Source of the DNA: Lama glama | Lineage: Eukaryota | Assembly (NCBI GenBank): GCA_028534125.1 | Contig: CM052851.1 | Span: forward strand, 1,674,001 to 1,738,000 | Direction of reading: 5' to 3' | DNA length: 64,000 bases | In this document: positions 1 to 12,000 of the stretch, piece by piece | Numbering within the stretch: position 1 is the stretch's first letter | Layout of the letters: each line of letters begins with the position of its first letter | The notes under the pieces: model-generated | Databases searched by the model: none | Told to the model about the DNA's origin: nothing | Seen by the model: only the letters and a program-made list of their open reading frames with translations | Made by a program: the position numbers and the translations under genes

Positions 1-105
1 TCCAAGGTCCAGAGATTTTTCCCCTGTTGTTTTCTTGAAGAAATTTTATAGGTTGTGTTTTACTTTAGTTTTTCAGTAAGATTGCATATAATACCTTTTA
101 CATTT
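1..105 (-). mobile_element. L1 fragment (antisense)
   Basis: CCAAGGTCCAGAGATTTTTTCCCCTGTTGTTTTCTTGAAGAAATTTTATAG resembles the L1M antisense consensus. Confidence 0.6.
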
Positions 106-199
106 TCATCTTCTGATTGTTGATCTCCTGCAACATGAAGCATAAGTGCCAGATGTGCTACACTGTACACACACACATGTATACATACTCATACATTTA

Positions 200-1085
200 T
201 ATTACAGATAAATTTAGGAGACAATTATACTACTTTGAGGTGGCGAAACCTTCCTTTTACAAAAAGCAAAAGATAGGTGTATCACGTCAACAACATAAAA
301 CATTTCTATGATAAAACAGCCATGATTAAGGTAAAAACACCAAAGATAGACTAGGGGAGACACCTGTGCCCTATATGACAAAGGGTTAGTTATCTCTAAC
401 ATGTAAAAAATAAGTTCTTACAAATCGATGAGCAAAAATGAGGAAAGGATATGAACAGAGAATTCCACAAAAGGAAAACCAAATAGCCTTTGAGCCACAA
501 AAGGTGTTCAGCACAGAAGGAAAATCAGAATGCCAGTCTTCATCCCCATTTGACAAGCCCTGCAAAGGCGGCCAAAGGTGGGGAAGCTGGCATGTTCACA
601 CGCTACTGGTGGAGTCTAACTGATACAAGCTTTTGTAAAAACAATCCAGCCACATCTATTAAAATTGCCAGGGAAGCACCCTCCCACCTGCCTCATTATG
701 TCAGATTTTCACAAAGATGGATGGTGTGTCACTGTCTTAATGTAGTGGCTTCAAGCTAATGGAACCTGAATGTCCATCACACACGGGATGGTTGAGTGAA
801 CTGTGGCAGATCTAAAGTGTAGACTCTTACACAACTACTAAAAAGACGTAGCTCCACATCTGTACACCTGTAGGAAAATGAGATGGACACACTGCGGAGT
901 GACAGGAACAGAGCTGTCATGTGTGTACAAATGCGAGTCCCACCTGGAGTCAGCTGCTCTAGTGCGTGAGCAAGTAATCCCCTGGTGGTTAACATCCCGT
1001 CGAGGCGGGAGGACCTTGGTGAATCTTTGTGTTGTTCACTTTTTACAACAAGTACTTGGATATTTTACGATAAAAGCTTTAAATG
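200..1085 (+). mobile_element. Ancient L1 (L1ME-like) fragment, ORF2 3' end into 3' UTR
   Basis: GACAAAGGGTTAGTTATCTC...CTTACAAATCGATGAG...AAGGATATGAACAGAGAATTCCACA resembles the L1 ORF2 sense consensus. Degenerate, no intact ORF. Confidence 0.75.
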
Positions 1086-1742
1086 AAAAGAAAAGGGGTT
1101 CAGGCTGAGAAGCGGGACTGACAGGGATTCTGAGTCAGCCCTGAGCACCAGCGGCAGGTCACTGAGCGGGGCCCAGGAATCTGAATGTTAACCAGCTGCG
1201 GGGGTGCTCATGCCTGTCCCCCAGGGCGGGGGTGGCTGCCCCTCCCTCCCAGACTTGCGACTCTCCCTGAGCAGGAGTCCTGCCACCCTGGGTCTTCACT
1301 GATGCATCACAAGCCTGCTGTCCATGTGACAGTGCCAGCCTTGGGGGGGGGGGGTCAGTGTTCCTTCCCAGACCTGTGCTCATGTATTTTATTCTTTACC
1401 TGAAAGTCGGGTGTGAATCTGGGGACACGGCTGGACGCCTGAGCCCGGCCCAGGCACAGTCCTCACTCGGAGGAGGTGTCCCTGGCTCTCAGGTGCTCCT
1501 TGACCATTGAGGCCTCAGGTGGGTGGGGGCCATCTCAGCCCGCCGCCTTGCAAACCCCCCATGCCGAGGCTCCGTACACCACGTCCACCCCTCACCCAGC
1601 CATGCGAGTGGGTATCCTGCCTGTTTGCGGGAAGGCTCGGGAGGCACAGGTCTGCCCCCAGCCAGGGTGGCAGGTTGGGGTGAGCACCTAAGCTCACTTT
1701 GATCAACCTGGGTTCCTTTTGCCATCAAGTCTCTGATGGAGG

Positions 1743-1773
1743 CCTAACGTGCCGCCCACACCTCTGCCCACAG
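1743..1773 (+). promoter_or_regulatory. KCNQ1: Branch point (CCTAAC, branch A ~1747), C-rich tract and 3' splice site of the KCNQ1 exon
   Basis: CCTAAC matches the yUnAy branch consensus 27 nt upstream of the exon. CAG at 1771-1773. Confidence 0.8.
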
Positions 1774-1894
1774 TGAAAAGGAGCCCCACGCTGCTGGAAG
1801 TGAACACGGCCCATTTCATGAGAACCAACAGCTTTGCCGAGGACCTGGACCTGGAAGGGGAGACACTCCTGGCCCCCATCACCCACGTGTCACA
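1774..1894 (+). CDS. KCNQ1: KCNQ1 (Kv7.1 potassium channel) internal coding exon, orthologue of human exon 11 (121 bp)
   Basis: Flanked by acceptor ctctgcccacAG and donor GTGAGT. With a phase-1 start it translates as (V)[39 protein letters not shown](Q), matching the human KCNQ1 C-terminal linker [41 protein letters not shown]. Exon length is the same 121 bp. It is missing from the ORF track because it is a short internal exon. Confidence 0.97.
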
Positions 1895-4800
1895 GTGAGT
1901 GCCTGCTCGCCGGAGGATGACGAGGTGGCGGGGTGTGGGGCTCAAAGGGGCCGCCTCCCCCAGTGCCCAGCACTCGCCGCCTGCCCTCAGCATCCCGGGG
2001 CCATGGCCGCGGTGCCCGGGCACCGAGCGGGGCGGAGAGCACGGGCCCTTCCCGCCGCATCTGGGAACACGGTCTTCTTGTTTTGACTTATGGAAAACCA
2101 GACCGGCCATTTTCCACTTGTTTTCGTGCTCTGAGCGTCTGAGAAGATTGTTTTTCTCTCCCCAAGCCCCCTCCCCTGCCCCCCCCAAAAGAGGCGACTT
2201 TGTTTTTCAGCACTTCTTGGTGGAACCCTGGCCAAAGCCATGGGGCAGATGCTGAGCGCCGTCTGCCAGTCGCGGCTGCTGTCCTCAGGGGCTCCTTCAG
2301 GTGGAGGAAATGGCTGATTTTCCACGCCTCCCAGTTGGCCTGCCCCCGAGGCACAGCTGGCCTGGGACGCATGCCCGTCCTCCCCCGCCGTCACAGTATC
2401 GCCAGGCCAGTCCCCGGGGCCCGGCCGCAGTGTGATTCCCCTGCGACGTGACTCAGTGCTCCCAGTGCGGGCACCCAGTGGTGACAGCCCGCGGGGGGGG
2501 GTCAGCGGGACACGCAGGCCCATTCTGGCCCCCGCCCCGCTGGGGACTGCCCTAGGGGAGTCCTCTTGTGTCCGGTGTGTGAGCGGCACTCGCGTTCTCG
2601 CCCGCTCTCTACGGTTTCGCTCACGGGGTTTTGGTTGTCCTGACCCATGTGCGTCTCTCTCGAAGGCCTGCTGCCTCTGCTGCCGCCGGGTGTGGCCTTT
2701 GCCTTGTAGATGACTGAAGTCGGGACCCGAATTGCAGGGCTCCTGCGCTCTGTAACCAGAGGGCTGGCAGAGTCGGGTGACCAGAATGAGAGGAAGACAG
2801 GGCTGTCTCAGGGTGGCCCTGCAATCAGGCAGGAGCCACCTGCCACCTTTCCAGACCCGTCGGGCTCACGGGAGGCTGGCAGCCCTATAGCTGGCAGGGT
2901 GTGCGTGAGGGCGTTCTCGGGCTCGGCGGGAGCCAGCCTGGCCCGGGGAAGCAGCGCTTACTCGTCTTTGTGGACTTGCACTGCAGTGAGCTTCCAGGCC
3001 TCCCCCAGGGACAGGGCTCTGACCTCTGGGCCCTCCTGGAGATGGCCCGATAGGCTCACTTGATAAATGGGCAGCGGTGTGAGCAGTGGTGCGAGCCAGG
3101 TGGGCTGGGCAGGTACAGGTTAGTGTCTGAAGGCAGAATGCTTACCGCTTTGGCTGAGGCCTAAACAGAGTCCAGGACACAAGGGACCTTAAAGTGGTAA
3201 AAGTTGCAGTCTTGTGGCCAGTGTTGTGCACCGGTGACAGTGCCTGTTCAGAGCAAGGACAGCCAGAAGCCTGCCGGGAGCTGTGGCCCTCCTGCCGGGC
3301 GGGCCCCACCAGGCCTCGCCGTGCGGCCCGGCCCGCCCCGTCCCGCCCCATCCTGTCCTGGCCGCGCTCTCCCTGCCAGAGCTCCTACTCCTCCTCTCTG
3401 TCAGTGGTGGCCCAGCCCCTCCGGTGCACAGACAAGGAGTCACACCCTGGTGGGCAGGGCTGTCACCCACCATCCATCCAGCTGGGCAGTCAGCTGTCAC
3501 CAGCTCCCTGGGCCCAGCAAGGCCACTGTGGGGAGGCCCAGGACGAGGCAGCGTAAGACTGGGGACCGAGGTGGCCCAAGACCAGGCCCACAGCTGCCCA
3601 GCACAGTCGCCCCTTTTGAATTCAGCGAGGTCTGTCCAGGTCGGCATCAGCTTGTACCAAGTTTCCTGGGGCCAGAGGCTGCCCACCTGCCAGGGAGCCG
3701 CAGGAGGTAGCTTAGGTGAAATGTAGCCGCGTCATCAGAGAATCTTGACCATTTCTTGTCTTCCCTCCTCTGAGACAGGCCATCAGGCTGAACATCCCAA
3801 ACGCTCTTCAGGCAGTGGGCCTCGTGCATCACCGTCCAGACAAGCCTGCTGTGGGCCTTCTCGGGCCAGCGCCCCCACCACGGGGCGGCCTGTTGCCTGT
3901 GGAAGGGCGTCACCTCCAGCACTGGGTGGGGCCTCGGCCAGGCTGCGGCCGCCCTTACCTTTCCCAGTGTAGACCCTGGATGCCAGCCAGCTGGGAAGGC
4001 GGGGACGAGCCCAGCCGTGGGTGAGGCGGGAGCTTGGCGGTAAAGGCTGGGAGCAAGATGACTGAGGTTGTGGTGGTCTGGTGTGGCGGGGACAGCAGGG
4101 GTTCCATATGCCTGTGTCCTCAGTAGTCAGGATGCTTCTCAAGGGAGCCCCAGTGGGGAAGGTGGGGTGCAGGCACAGTGAAGGAGGTGGTAGGGCCTCA
4201 GATCCTAGGCACCCTCAGGGCTCCAGGCTGGGCAGAGGCCTCGCCCCACCATGGCTGGAGGAGGAAGGGGCAACAGTGGGCACCGTGTTTACTCAGGGCT
4301 GTGCCTGCCTGCAGCATGGATGGGGAGGAGGCTGCCTGGTCTCGGTGCTCACGCTGGGGCCACGTTCCTCTGCCCCCCGACCCCCAGCCTGCCTGGTGAG
4401 TGATGGCCCTAATTAAACTCAGCCCTGTGGCAGCTCAGCCTTGGGGACCCCATGTGGGGAAGAGAGGTGCACACCCTGGTGTGTGTGCAGGGACAGGGGT
4501 CTCACGGGGGCATTGGGGATGGGAGGCAGTTACTGAAAACCAGATCCATTTCTCTCCAGCATTTTACTGATGTTAAATGTATTACCATGTTGGGCCGGTT
4601 CCAGAATTCAAATTAAAAGCATAAATAAAGACACATTTTGTTTCCATCTCAAGCTCTCCCCACCCGCAGGGCCCCAGGGAGGTGAGGTCACTGCAGCCTT
4701 GATTACGGGAAGGTCCCCGGGGCTGGGCGAAGCTCGTCTTTCCGGGGCCTGTTGGCCATTGGTGAAGTGAGGGGTCAGGGGACCGGGGGTCAGCAAGCAA

Positions 4801-7384
4801 GCCTGGTGCAAACCAGGGAGCTGCCGGCGAGCAGGGGCAGAGGGTGCTGCAGCGGGCTGGGGAAACAGTGGTTTTGGTCAGCCCGCCCTGTCGGCAAGCC
4901 CCAGGGCCCTCACACGGCGCCGGGGGGCCAGGCCCCCGTCTCACACACACCTTTCAGGCAGATAGTCTTGTGGGCGCAGCAGGGCCAGAAGGGAGCTCAT
5001 CTGCTTCAAGCTCCCTGCACTTGTGGCCCCACCCAGAGCCTTGCCACTAGGACTTCCAAGGAGCAAGTGTGAGGCAGAGATGAGGCATCTGGGGCACAAT
5101 GTGGGGCGCCAGGGGAGCCCTGCTCCCCAACAGGAGCTGGAACGAGTTCCTAGGCTCCTGCCCACTGGGGATCGCCGGCAGGGCAGTGGAAGGGGAGGGC
5201 CACCCGTGTGCATCCCTGTGTCCTGCACACGGCATCTCTGCCTGAAACACCCTTGTCACTTGTCTGCAGCCATCAGAGTCCTACTCATCTTTCCAACATC
5301 TTGTCAGTCCTCCTCCCCTCACGGAGGCCCAGGATGCCCACAGGCCAGGCAGCCGCATCCTCCCCCAGCTCTCGAGGCCCTCTATGTGGGGCTCTTTGAG
5401 AGTACCTGTCTCTCGGGACCCTCGGCTCCTAGGGATCAGGGAGAGTGTGGTTCCCCTCAAGCCCCAGGCTGGAAGGAGCTCCAGGACTGCTGCTCATGCC
5501 CCCAACCAGACAAGATCCCCCAGCCAGAGCCCGGCCAGCCCTGCCCAAGGAGGGGATGGAGTGAGGGCTGAGGTGTCTGAGCTCCGGTGCTGGCCAGCAG
5601 GGCCGGATGGCTGGGTCAGAACTGGCCTCAGTGTGAGGCTCTGTGGCTCTGGGCTCCAGGCTCTGAGCGGCTGTGGCCTGGGTACCCTTCTCCCAGCAGC
5701 CTTGGGAGACCGGCCATTTCTGTGAAGTGCCCCCTAGACTCAGCCAGAACTGGCCTGGCATCCACGTCTGCCCCAAGACAGATGGTGCAGGAGGCCGGAC
5801 GCCCTGTGAGCACAGCAGACTGTGGCTGCCCTGAGGGGTCCTCCCAGAGAGTCGGTCCCTGGCCCCTGCCATCTCTTTTGTCATGGCGTCTTAGATGGGC
5901 GCGGCTCAGCTCTTTGTCACCAAGCACCCCTCTGCTGTGCTTTGCAGGGGGACAGAAGGAGGGCCAGGGGCACTGCAGGACCCCCACCAGGTGACTGAGA
6001 GCACCCCACCTCACCCCCGGCGAACATGTACTTGCAGGCCTCCTGCGACATGACAGCTTGGAGATCCTTGAGCAAAACCAGCCCTGTGTGCGTTAATTAG
6101 AATTTCCATGTCTTCAACTTTCTCCTGGACCCTGCAGAATCTCACGCCAAAACGTTCAAGTTTCTCTTTTCCAGTGAGGCCGCTGTGGCCTGGCTTTCAT
6201 CCACATCACTACTAATGTCTCCTGAAATCTGCGTTTGTCAGTGAGGCCAGGGCAGCCCCATGCCTTCTGGAAACAGGGGCAAATGTCATAAGGCTTGGCC
6301 CTGCGCTCAGCTCTGTGGACCAGGGGACTAGCTCTGTGGATGGGACCAGCTTTGCCTGGGACGTTTCAGAAACACCCAAGGCTCCCTGTGGCCCACTCCC
6401 ACGGGCCTGGAGACGCTGGGCACTGCATTTCTGTGAACACCCAAGCCCCTTGCTCTGTTTCTTGCCGTGCAAACCTTGGTGGGAAAGGACGAAGCGGCAT
6501 TTCTGGGGTCAGTGTCCAGAGGGATGAAGGGGGGACTTGCCAGGAACAGATGAAGCTAGTTTATCTTTCCAGACCAGCGTCCTGTCCTCTCTGGAGCTCC
6601 ACGCCACCTCTGTCCACACGAGGTGCCAGGGAAGCCCCGTGGGAGCCCGACAGGGAGGGCCATGCGAAGCTGCATGAGTCACAGGCTCCCCGTCGGAACC
6701 TCACGGCCCGGCCAGGCGCAGATCGTCTCTGAAATGCACGGGGGGATTAAATGTTCTCCTAATTAAGTGGAAAGCGAGGCGGAGCAGCTCAGTGGGAAAG
6801 GGACGGGACTGGGAATCGGATGCCCTCCGTCTGGCCCCCAGCCTGCACCAGCCCAGCTGCGGGCCGGCCCCCGGGGGCCCCTAGCCTCTAGGGGCCTCAC
6901 TTCCCCCCTCTGAGCCCATGAGGAGGAGGCGGCTAATCTCCTGGGGCCGCTGCTCTGGGGAGTGGGCCCGCCGTCCAGGTAGAAGGCCCAGAGCAAAGTG
7001 GGGAGGCTTCTTTCTTCCTCAGAAGCCACCACAGGCGCCCTGGGCCCTGACTGCACTGCGTCTGCTGCACGGGTCCCGGCAGGGCTGGCCCAGACCGGGT
7101 AGGCGGTGCTGGGAGGAGTGAAGGAGGGGAGGTGGTCCAAAGCCCGAGATGGCTGGGGGGGGTGACTGCAAGGGTCGCACTGGTGTTGCTGTGGAGATGT
7201 TTCTGGCCACTGCAGAGTCCCACACAGCTCCCTCCTGTGCTTTGCCTAAATCTCCCAAACCCAGAAGGGCACGACTGAGCCCCCGGCAGCTTGACCAGGA
7301 AGCCCGAGGCGAGCCCCTTTCTGGGCCGAGGCTGTCCATCGCTCAAGTTAGGGTTAGAAAGCGCTGTCCTTCTGAACAGGGCGT

Positions 7385-9030
7385 TGCTTCCAGCTTTTTA
7401 GCTGAGGGGTGAAGTGCACACAGCCGGACACACAGGCCTCGAGGCACACTGACCGCTGCATTCCCCCTGGGACCCCTGCAGCCAGCGCCCAGGTGAGGCT
7501 CAGAGCCTGCGACTCCACTTCCTGTCACTGATGCCCAAGGACAGCCACTGTCCTGGCTTCGAGCAACAGGACTGCGCTTCACCCGTTCTTGAATGTTCTA
7601 CAGGCGGGACGCACACGGCGCACACGCTCGCGGCCGCCGGCCGTGAGGCTCGCCTCACCTCGCCGAGCAGCGCGCCGCCCTCTCCCCGCCGGCCGGGGCG
7701 CCGTGTGCGCGGCCTGCACTTTGTTTATCCATTCTGCTCTCGACGGCTGCTTGGACAGGTGCCAGCACAGGGCTGTTATCAGCAGTGCTAAGAATATGCG
7801 GCAGAGGCCCTCTGGTGGGAGCACGGGCTGCAGTCCCGGGGGGACGTGCCTGCAGCGGGGCCGCCAGGGCGCTGGGCGGGCAGGCACGTCTCTCGCGGAC
7901 GCCGCCGCCCGGGTCCCCAGCAGGCGCGCCCCGTCCGCGCCCGTCAGTGGCGTCCGGGCACCCTGGCTGCTCTCCGTCCTCACTAACACTCGGCCTTTTC
8001 CATCGTTTCCTTTCTAGCCGTGCTGGCGGGCGTCTGGTGGCATCAGGCTGTGGTTTTAGTTTGCAGTAACCCAATGGCTGACGCGGCGAAGCCCGTTTCT
8101 CCGTCCTCGTGACTCAGCTGGACGCTGCCCCCGGGGAAACGCCTGTGCCGTCTGCCGGTGGTCCCTGGGTTACCTCGCCTTACTGATCTGCAGGAGTTCT
8201 TTGTGTCTCTGTTTATCCGGGACCTAAGTCGTTAGTCAGACGTGTACTTTTTCATTTCAAGTAGACAGCACCTCCCCCTCTGCGGGCGCTCCTTTTCCTC
8301 TCTCGAGGGCGTCTCTTGATGAGCAGAGGGTCTCAATTTTAATGTGATCAGTTAATCAAACTTTTCCTTTCTGGAGAGTGCTATATGTGTCCCATTTAAG
8401 AAACTCTGACTACTCCAAGGTCACGAAGATACTCCGTTTTCTTCCAAACCTTTTACATGCAGATCTGCCGTCCATCTGGAATCAGCTTTTGCATCCAATG
8501 TGAGGCTGAGGTCAAGGTACATTTTTCCCTCACTTGGACATCAGTTGGACTCAGCAATGTCTATTGAAAAGGCCATACTTCCTCCACTGTCCTGCCAGGT
8601 CAGCATCATCATACACCAGCTCCCTGGATGTGGCTCCGTTTGTGGACCTTATTCACTTCCACTGGGCAGATCGTAGTTTTTCCTTTTCACCAGGGCCATG
8701 CTTGGTTATCACTGTGGTTTGAGAACAGCTCTTGACTGCTGATCCCGCAGACTCCGGCCAGCTCTCTTGCCCTGCGACTGGCTTGGCTGTCTTTGTTTGG
8801 CACCTGTCTCTCCACTCATGTGCCAGTTTCCACAGAAAACCCCCCATAGGCACAGCGGCTCTCTAGATGAACTTGGAGAGGACAAACATCGTTACAACCC
8901 GAGTCTCTGGAACTGTGGTCTCAACGCATCCGTCCCTCGTTCACTCAGGTCTTCCTTCATTTCTCCCACCATGTCCTGTAGTTTTCAGTGTGGTGGTCGT
9001 GCACTCTTCGTCTGGGGTTTATTCTTGTTA
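7385..9030 (-). mobile_element. Ancient L1M (L1MC/MD/ME-type) 3' UTR plus ORF2 fragment with a GC-converted core
   Basis: Collinear L1 antisense landmarks: CCCGTTCTTGAA, TTTGTTTATCCATTCT, GTCCTCACTAACACTCGG, TGTGGTTTTAGTTTGCA, TTGATGAGCAGAGGGTCTCAATTTTAATG, CTACTCCAAGGTCACGAAGATA, CTATTGAAAAGGCCA. Confidence 0.75.
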
Positions 9031-12000
9031 GCTGATGTTCATGATGGGTTCACCAAGCCTGGGAACAGTTTGCCAGGAAATCCTGGCAAGCTCGGGTCAT
9101 TTCATCCCACCTGCGGGATGCTGGAGCAGTCACTCCAGCGATCTGAGCCTCAGTGTCCTTCTGTAGGCATGAGAGGTGCGTCCCCTGGTGCTGGTGTGGG
9201 CCTGGAGGAGATAGGGTCGGGCCGTGTGCCTGATGCCTGTCAGACAGTGTGAAACATCTCCCTGTGATGGGAGACCTCATGGGGACATCCCTTACCTGGC
9301 TGAGAGCTCCTGAAGCTGCCAGGTCACGAGTTTCAATGAGGGGCGATCATTAGGGGTCGTCCTTAACCAGGTGTACCTAGAGGCTGGGCAGCCCTGCGTC
9401 TTAGGATGGGCTGGGGCCGGGGAAGCTGCAGACCCACACCCCACACCTCTCGTCCCTGGGAAAGGGGCCCCGAGCTGCCCTGGCCCCTGTGGAGGTACAG
9501 GGGGCGACCTGTAGCCTACTCCTCTGCTGCTGGGCGGGGGGCGGGGGGGCGGGAGGCAGAGGGCCGTGCCCCTGCCGTTCGTTCTCACAGTCAGGCTCAG
9601 CTGCCAAGGACGGCAGCAGTCTTCAAGCAGAGCTGGGCCCAGCAGGCCACGTGCCCTGCCTTCTCTTGGCGCTGCACTTGGCGGGAAAGGGAGGCGCCAC
9701 AGTAGCTTCCAGTCTCTGAGCGACTCGCGGATTGCACAGCCCAAAAGTGGCGGCAGTGTTCACAGGCTTGGTGGCTTTCAGGTGCTTAGGAGAGAGTGAA
9801 GTTCCAGCAGCCCGAAGGAGGCTCTGCCAGATGCCTGTCCCGTGCCAGAGGTGGGAGGGGTGCTGCTGCTGGCTGAGACACACCGCTCCCGTCCTTGGTA
9901 GGGCCCTCAGAGAGCACCTGGTGAGTCAGTCCCCCAGTTCACGGAAGGGCTAGGACTTGCCAATGTCACCTATGAGGTAGTGGCAGAGCCAGGGCTCATT
10001 CCCAGACACACCATCTTTAGGGGAGACCACGTCTGTGAGTCCAGGAGGCTGGACTGCCTCCCTGAGGGCTGGTAAGCAGAGGGCGGGGAGGTGACAAGCC
10101 AGCAGAGGCAAATCTGGCCTCCAGTTTGGGTCTGTGCCTCCCAGAGTGTTTCTGTGGCCCACCACGCAGGAGAGCACAGCCTGTGGAGACAGTGTGCACG
10201 GTGGCTGGGGGACTCTTCGTGGCCTTCTCCAGTGAGAGTCCTGTGTGTCCCCTTCTCCGCACACCACGGGCCTGGCTCCACCGTGCAAGGAGGACGAGGG
10301 GCCCCGCGGGCCTACAGGCCACTCAGGAGGCTCTTGATCACTTGGGCAGCGGCGCCCTGGCCTCCTAGGATGCAGTGGCAGGCCGGGCTTCAAGGCTCCT
10401 CATGGTGCCCCAGCGCCCCCCATTAGGCGCTCATTCTTCAAGATTTACGAGTCCTCTGGGGGCAATGCTGGTGTCCTAGGCAGGGGCCACACCTTAGGTG
10501 CACGTCCTCAGCAGTGACTGACTGCGGTTGGAGGTCTGGCTATTAGTCTGTCAGGTCTGGTTGGCCTGTGGGAGGCCCTGGGTGCCATCCTGGAGCCTCG
10601 AGGAGGGAAGAGGAAGAGAAGGATGGAGCAGCGGGAGGTGGGAGTCCAGGTCCAGCCGAGTCTGCCATCCCTGGCAGCCACGTCATCGCGGCACCCTCAG
10701 CCATGACGCCACCGTTGCTCTGATCTGCTCAAGTTGTCTCTTCACGTGGGCAGCGGCCCCAGAGGCTCCCTTTGAAGGTGGCACTGGGAGTGTCCTGGAG
10801 AAGAGCAGGGGCACCCCAGACGCTCACCCAGAGGTTCTCCCATTTCACCCGCACAGCAGCAACCTAGTAGGGGGCGTACATGAAGCTCTGAGAAAGGAAT
10901 TTTTTCAGAGGCAATTCAAGGGATTTCCAAGGTAGTTCTGACATTACCTGATTAGTCTTTCAAGACATCAGAACTGAGCATCACACAAGACCAGGCTACA
11001 CTGCACCTGAAGTGTATAATCCTTGCCACCGCCGTGCCCTGTGGTGCCTTGCTGGGGAAACTGAGGCGGGGAGTTGGGCAACTTCACAAAGCAGTAGAAG
11101 ACATTATTTAGGAGTTGGGGGGTAGGGCTCTCAGAGCACACAGCTACACACACACACTCACACACTCACACACACTCAGAGTCCGTCCCCACAGCCTCAC
11201 TTGGCGTTATGGGCCTACGAACGCTGCCCTCAGAGAACCAGGCCCCAGGACAGAAGGCGGGCGGCGCCAGGCAGGCAGCCGCGGGACCTCCGCTCGGCTC
11301 CTCAGGCAGCAGGCTCTGCACCAGGCCGAGGAGGACAGGGGACGGTCGCGCTGGGACCTTGGCTTCAAGCCCCGCAGCGCGTCCCCAGCCCGGCCCGCCC
11401 GCAGCGCGCCGCCTCCCGCGCCCAGCCCGCGGGGGCCTTTCTTTTCCTACGGAGCCCCCGCTCTCAGGTCTTCTGTGGGCGGGCTTGGTTTTCGTGTTTT
11501 CTTTAGGTCTGTGTCCGGACACGGTAGATGAGGGTGCATCTCCTCCAGTGTGACACTCCTCAGTGCTTTCTTCCTGCTCTTTCTGAACCGCCACGGTGAG
11601 CCCCCAGCCAGTGTGCGGGCTCCGGGTGGGAGCGCGCCGGGGCCCGGCTGCGAGGCTGGCGCCAGGAGGTGGGGCGGCCTCGGGGGCAGCAGCGCTCAGG
11701 CAGACGGGCCCCCGGCCTGCCTGAACTCGGGCTGCTGTGTGTGCAGCGGCCGGGCCGGGCCGTCCCCAGGGCCCCGGAGGGCCGCTTGAGACGTTCTCCC
11801 CAGTGGCGCGCACCGCCCGTGGCGGGGCCTGAGAGCTCCGTGCTCAGGAGCCCCTGCGCCGCCTGCCTGTCTCCTGCACTTGGAGACGGGCTCTTTCAGC
11901 TCATGTGGCCTGGATTTAGGGTGGGAAAATGTCCCTTTAGATGTCAGGGGATGAACAGGCTGGGAAATGGGGGCCCTGAGAGGGCCCAGAGATGAGCGGA

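Noticed and set aside
7715-7745. TGTTTAT forkhead motif as enhancer evidence
   Set aside because: TTTGTTTATCCATTC is part of the L1 consensus, so it is not independent evidence.
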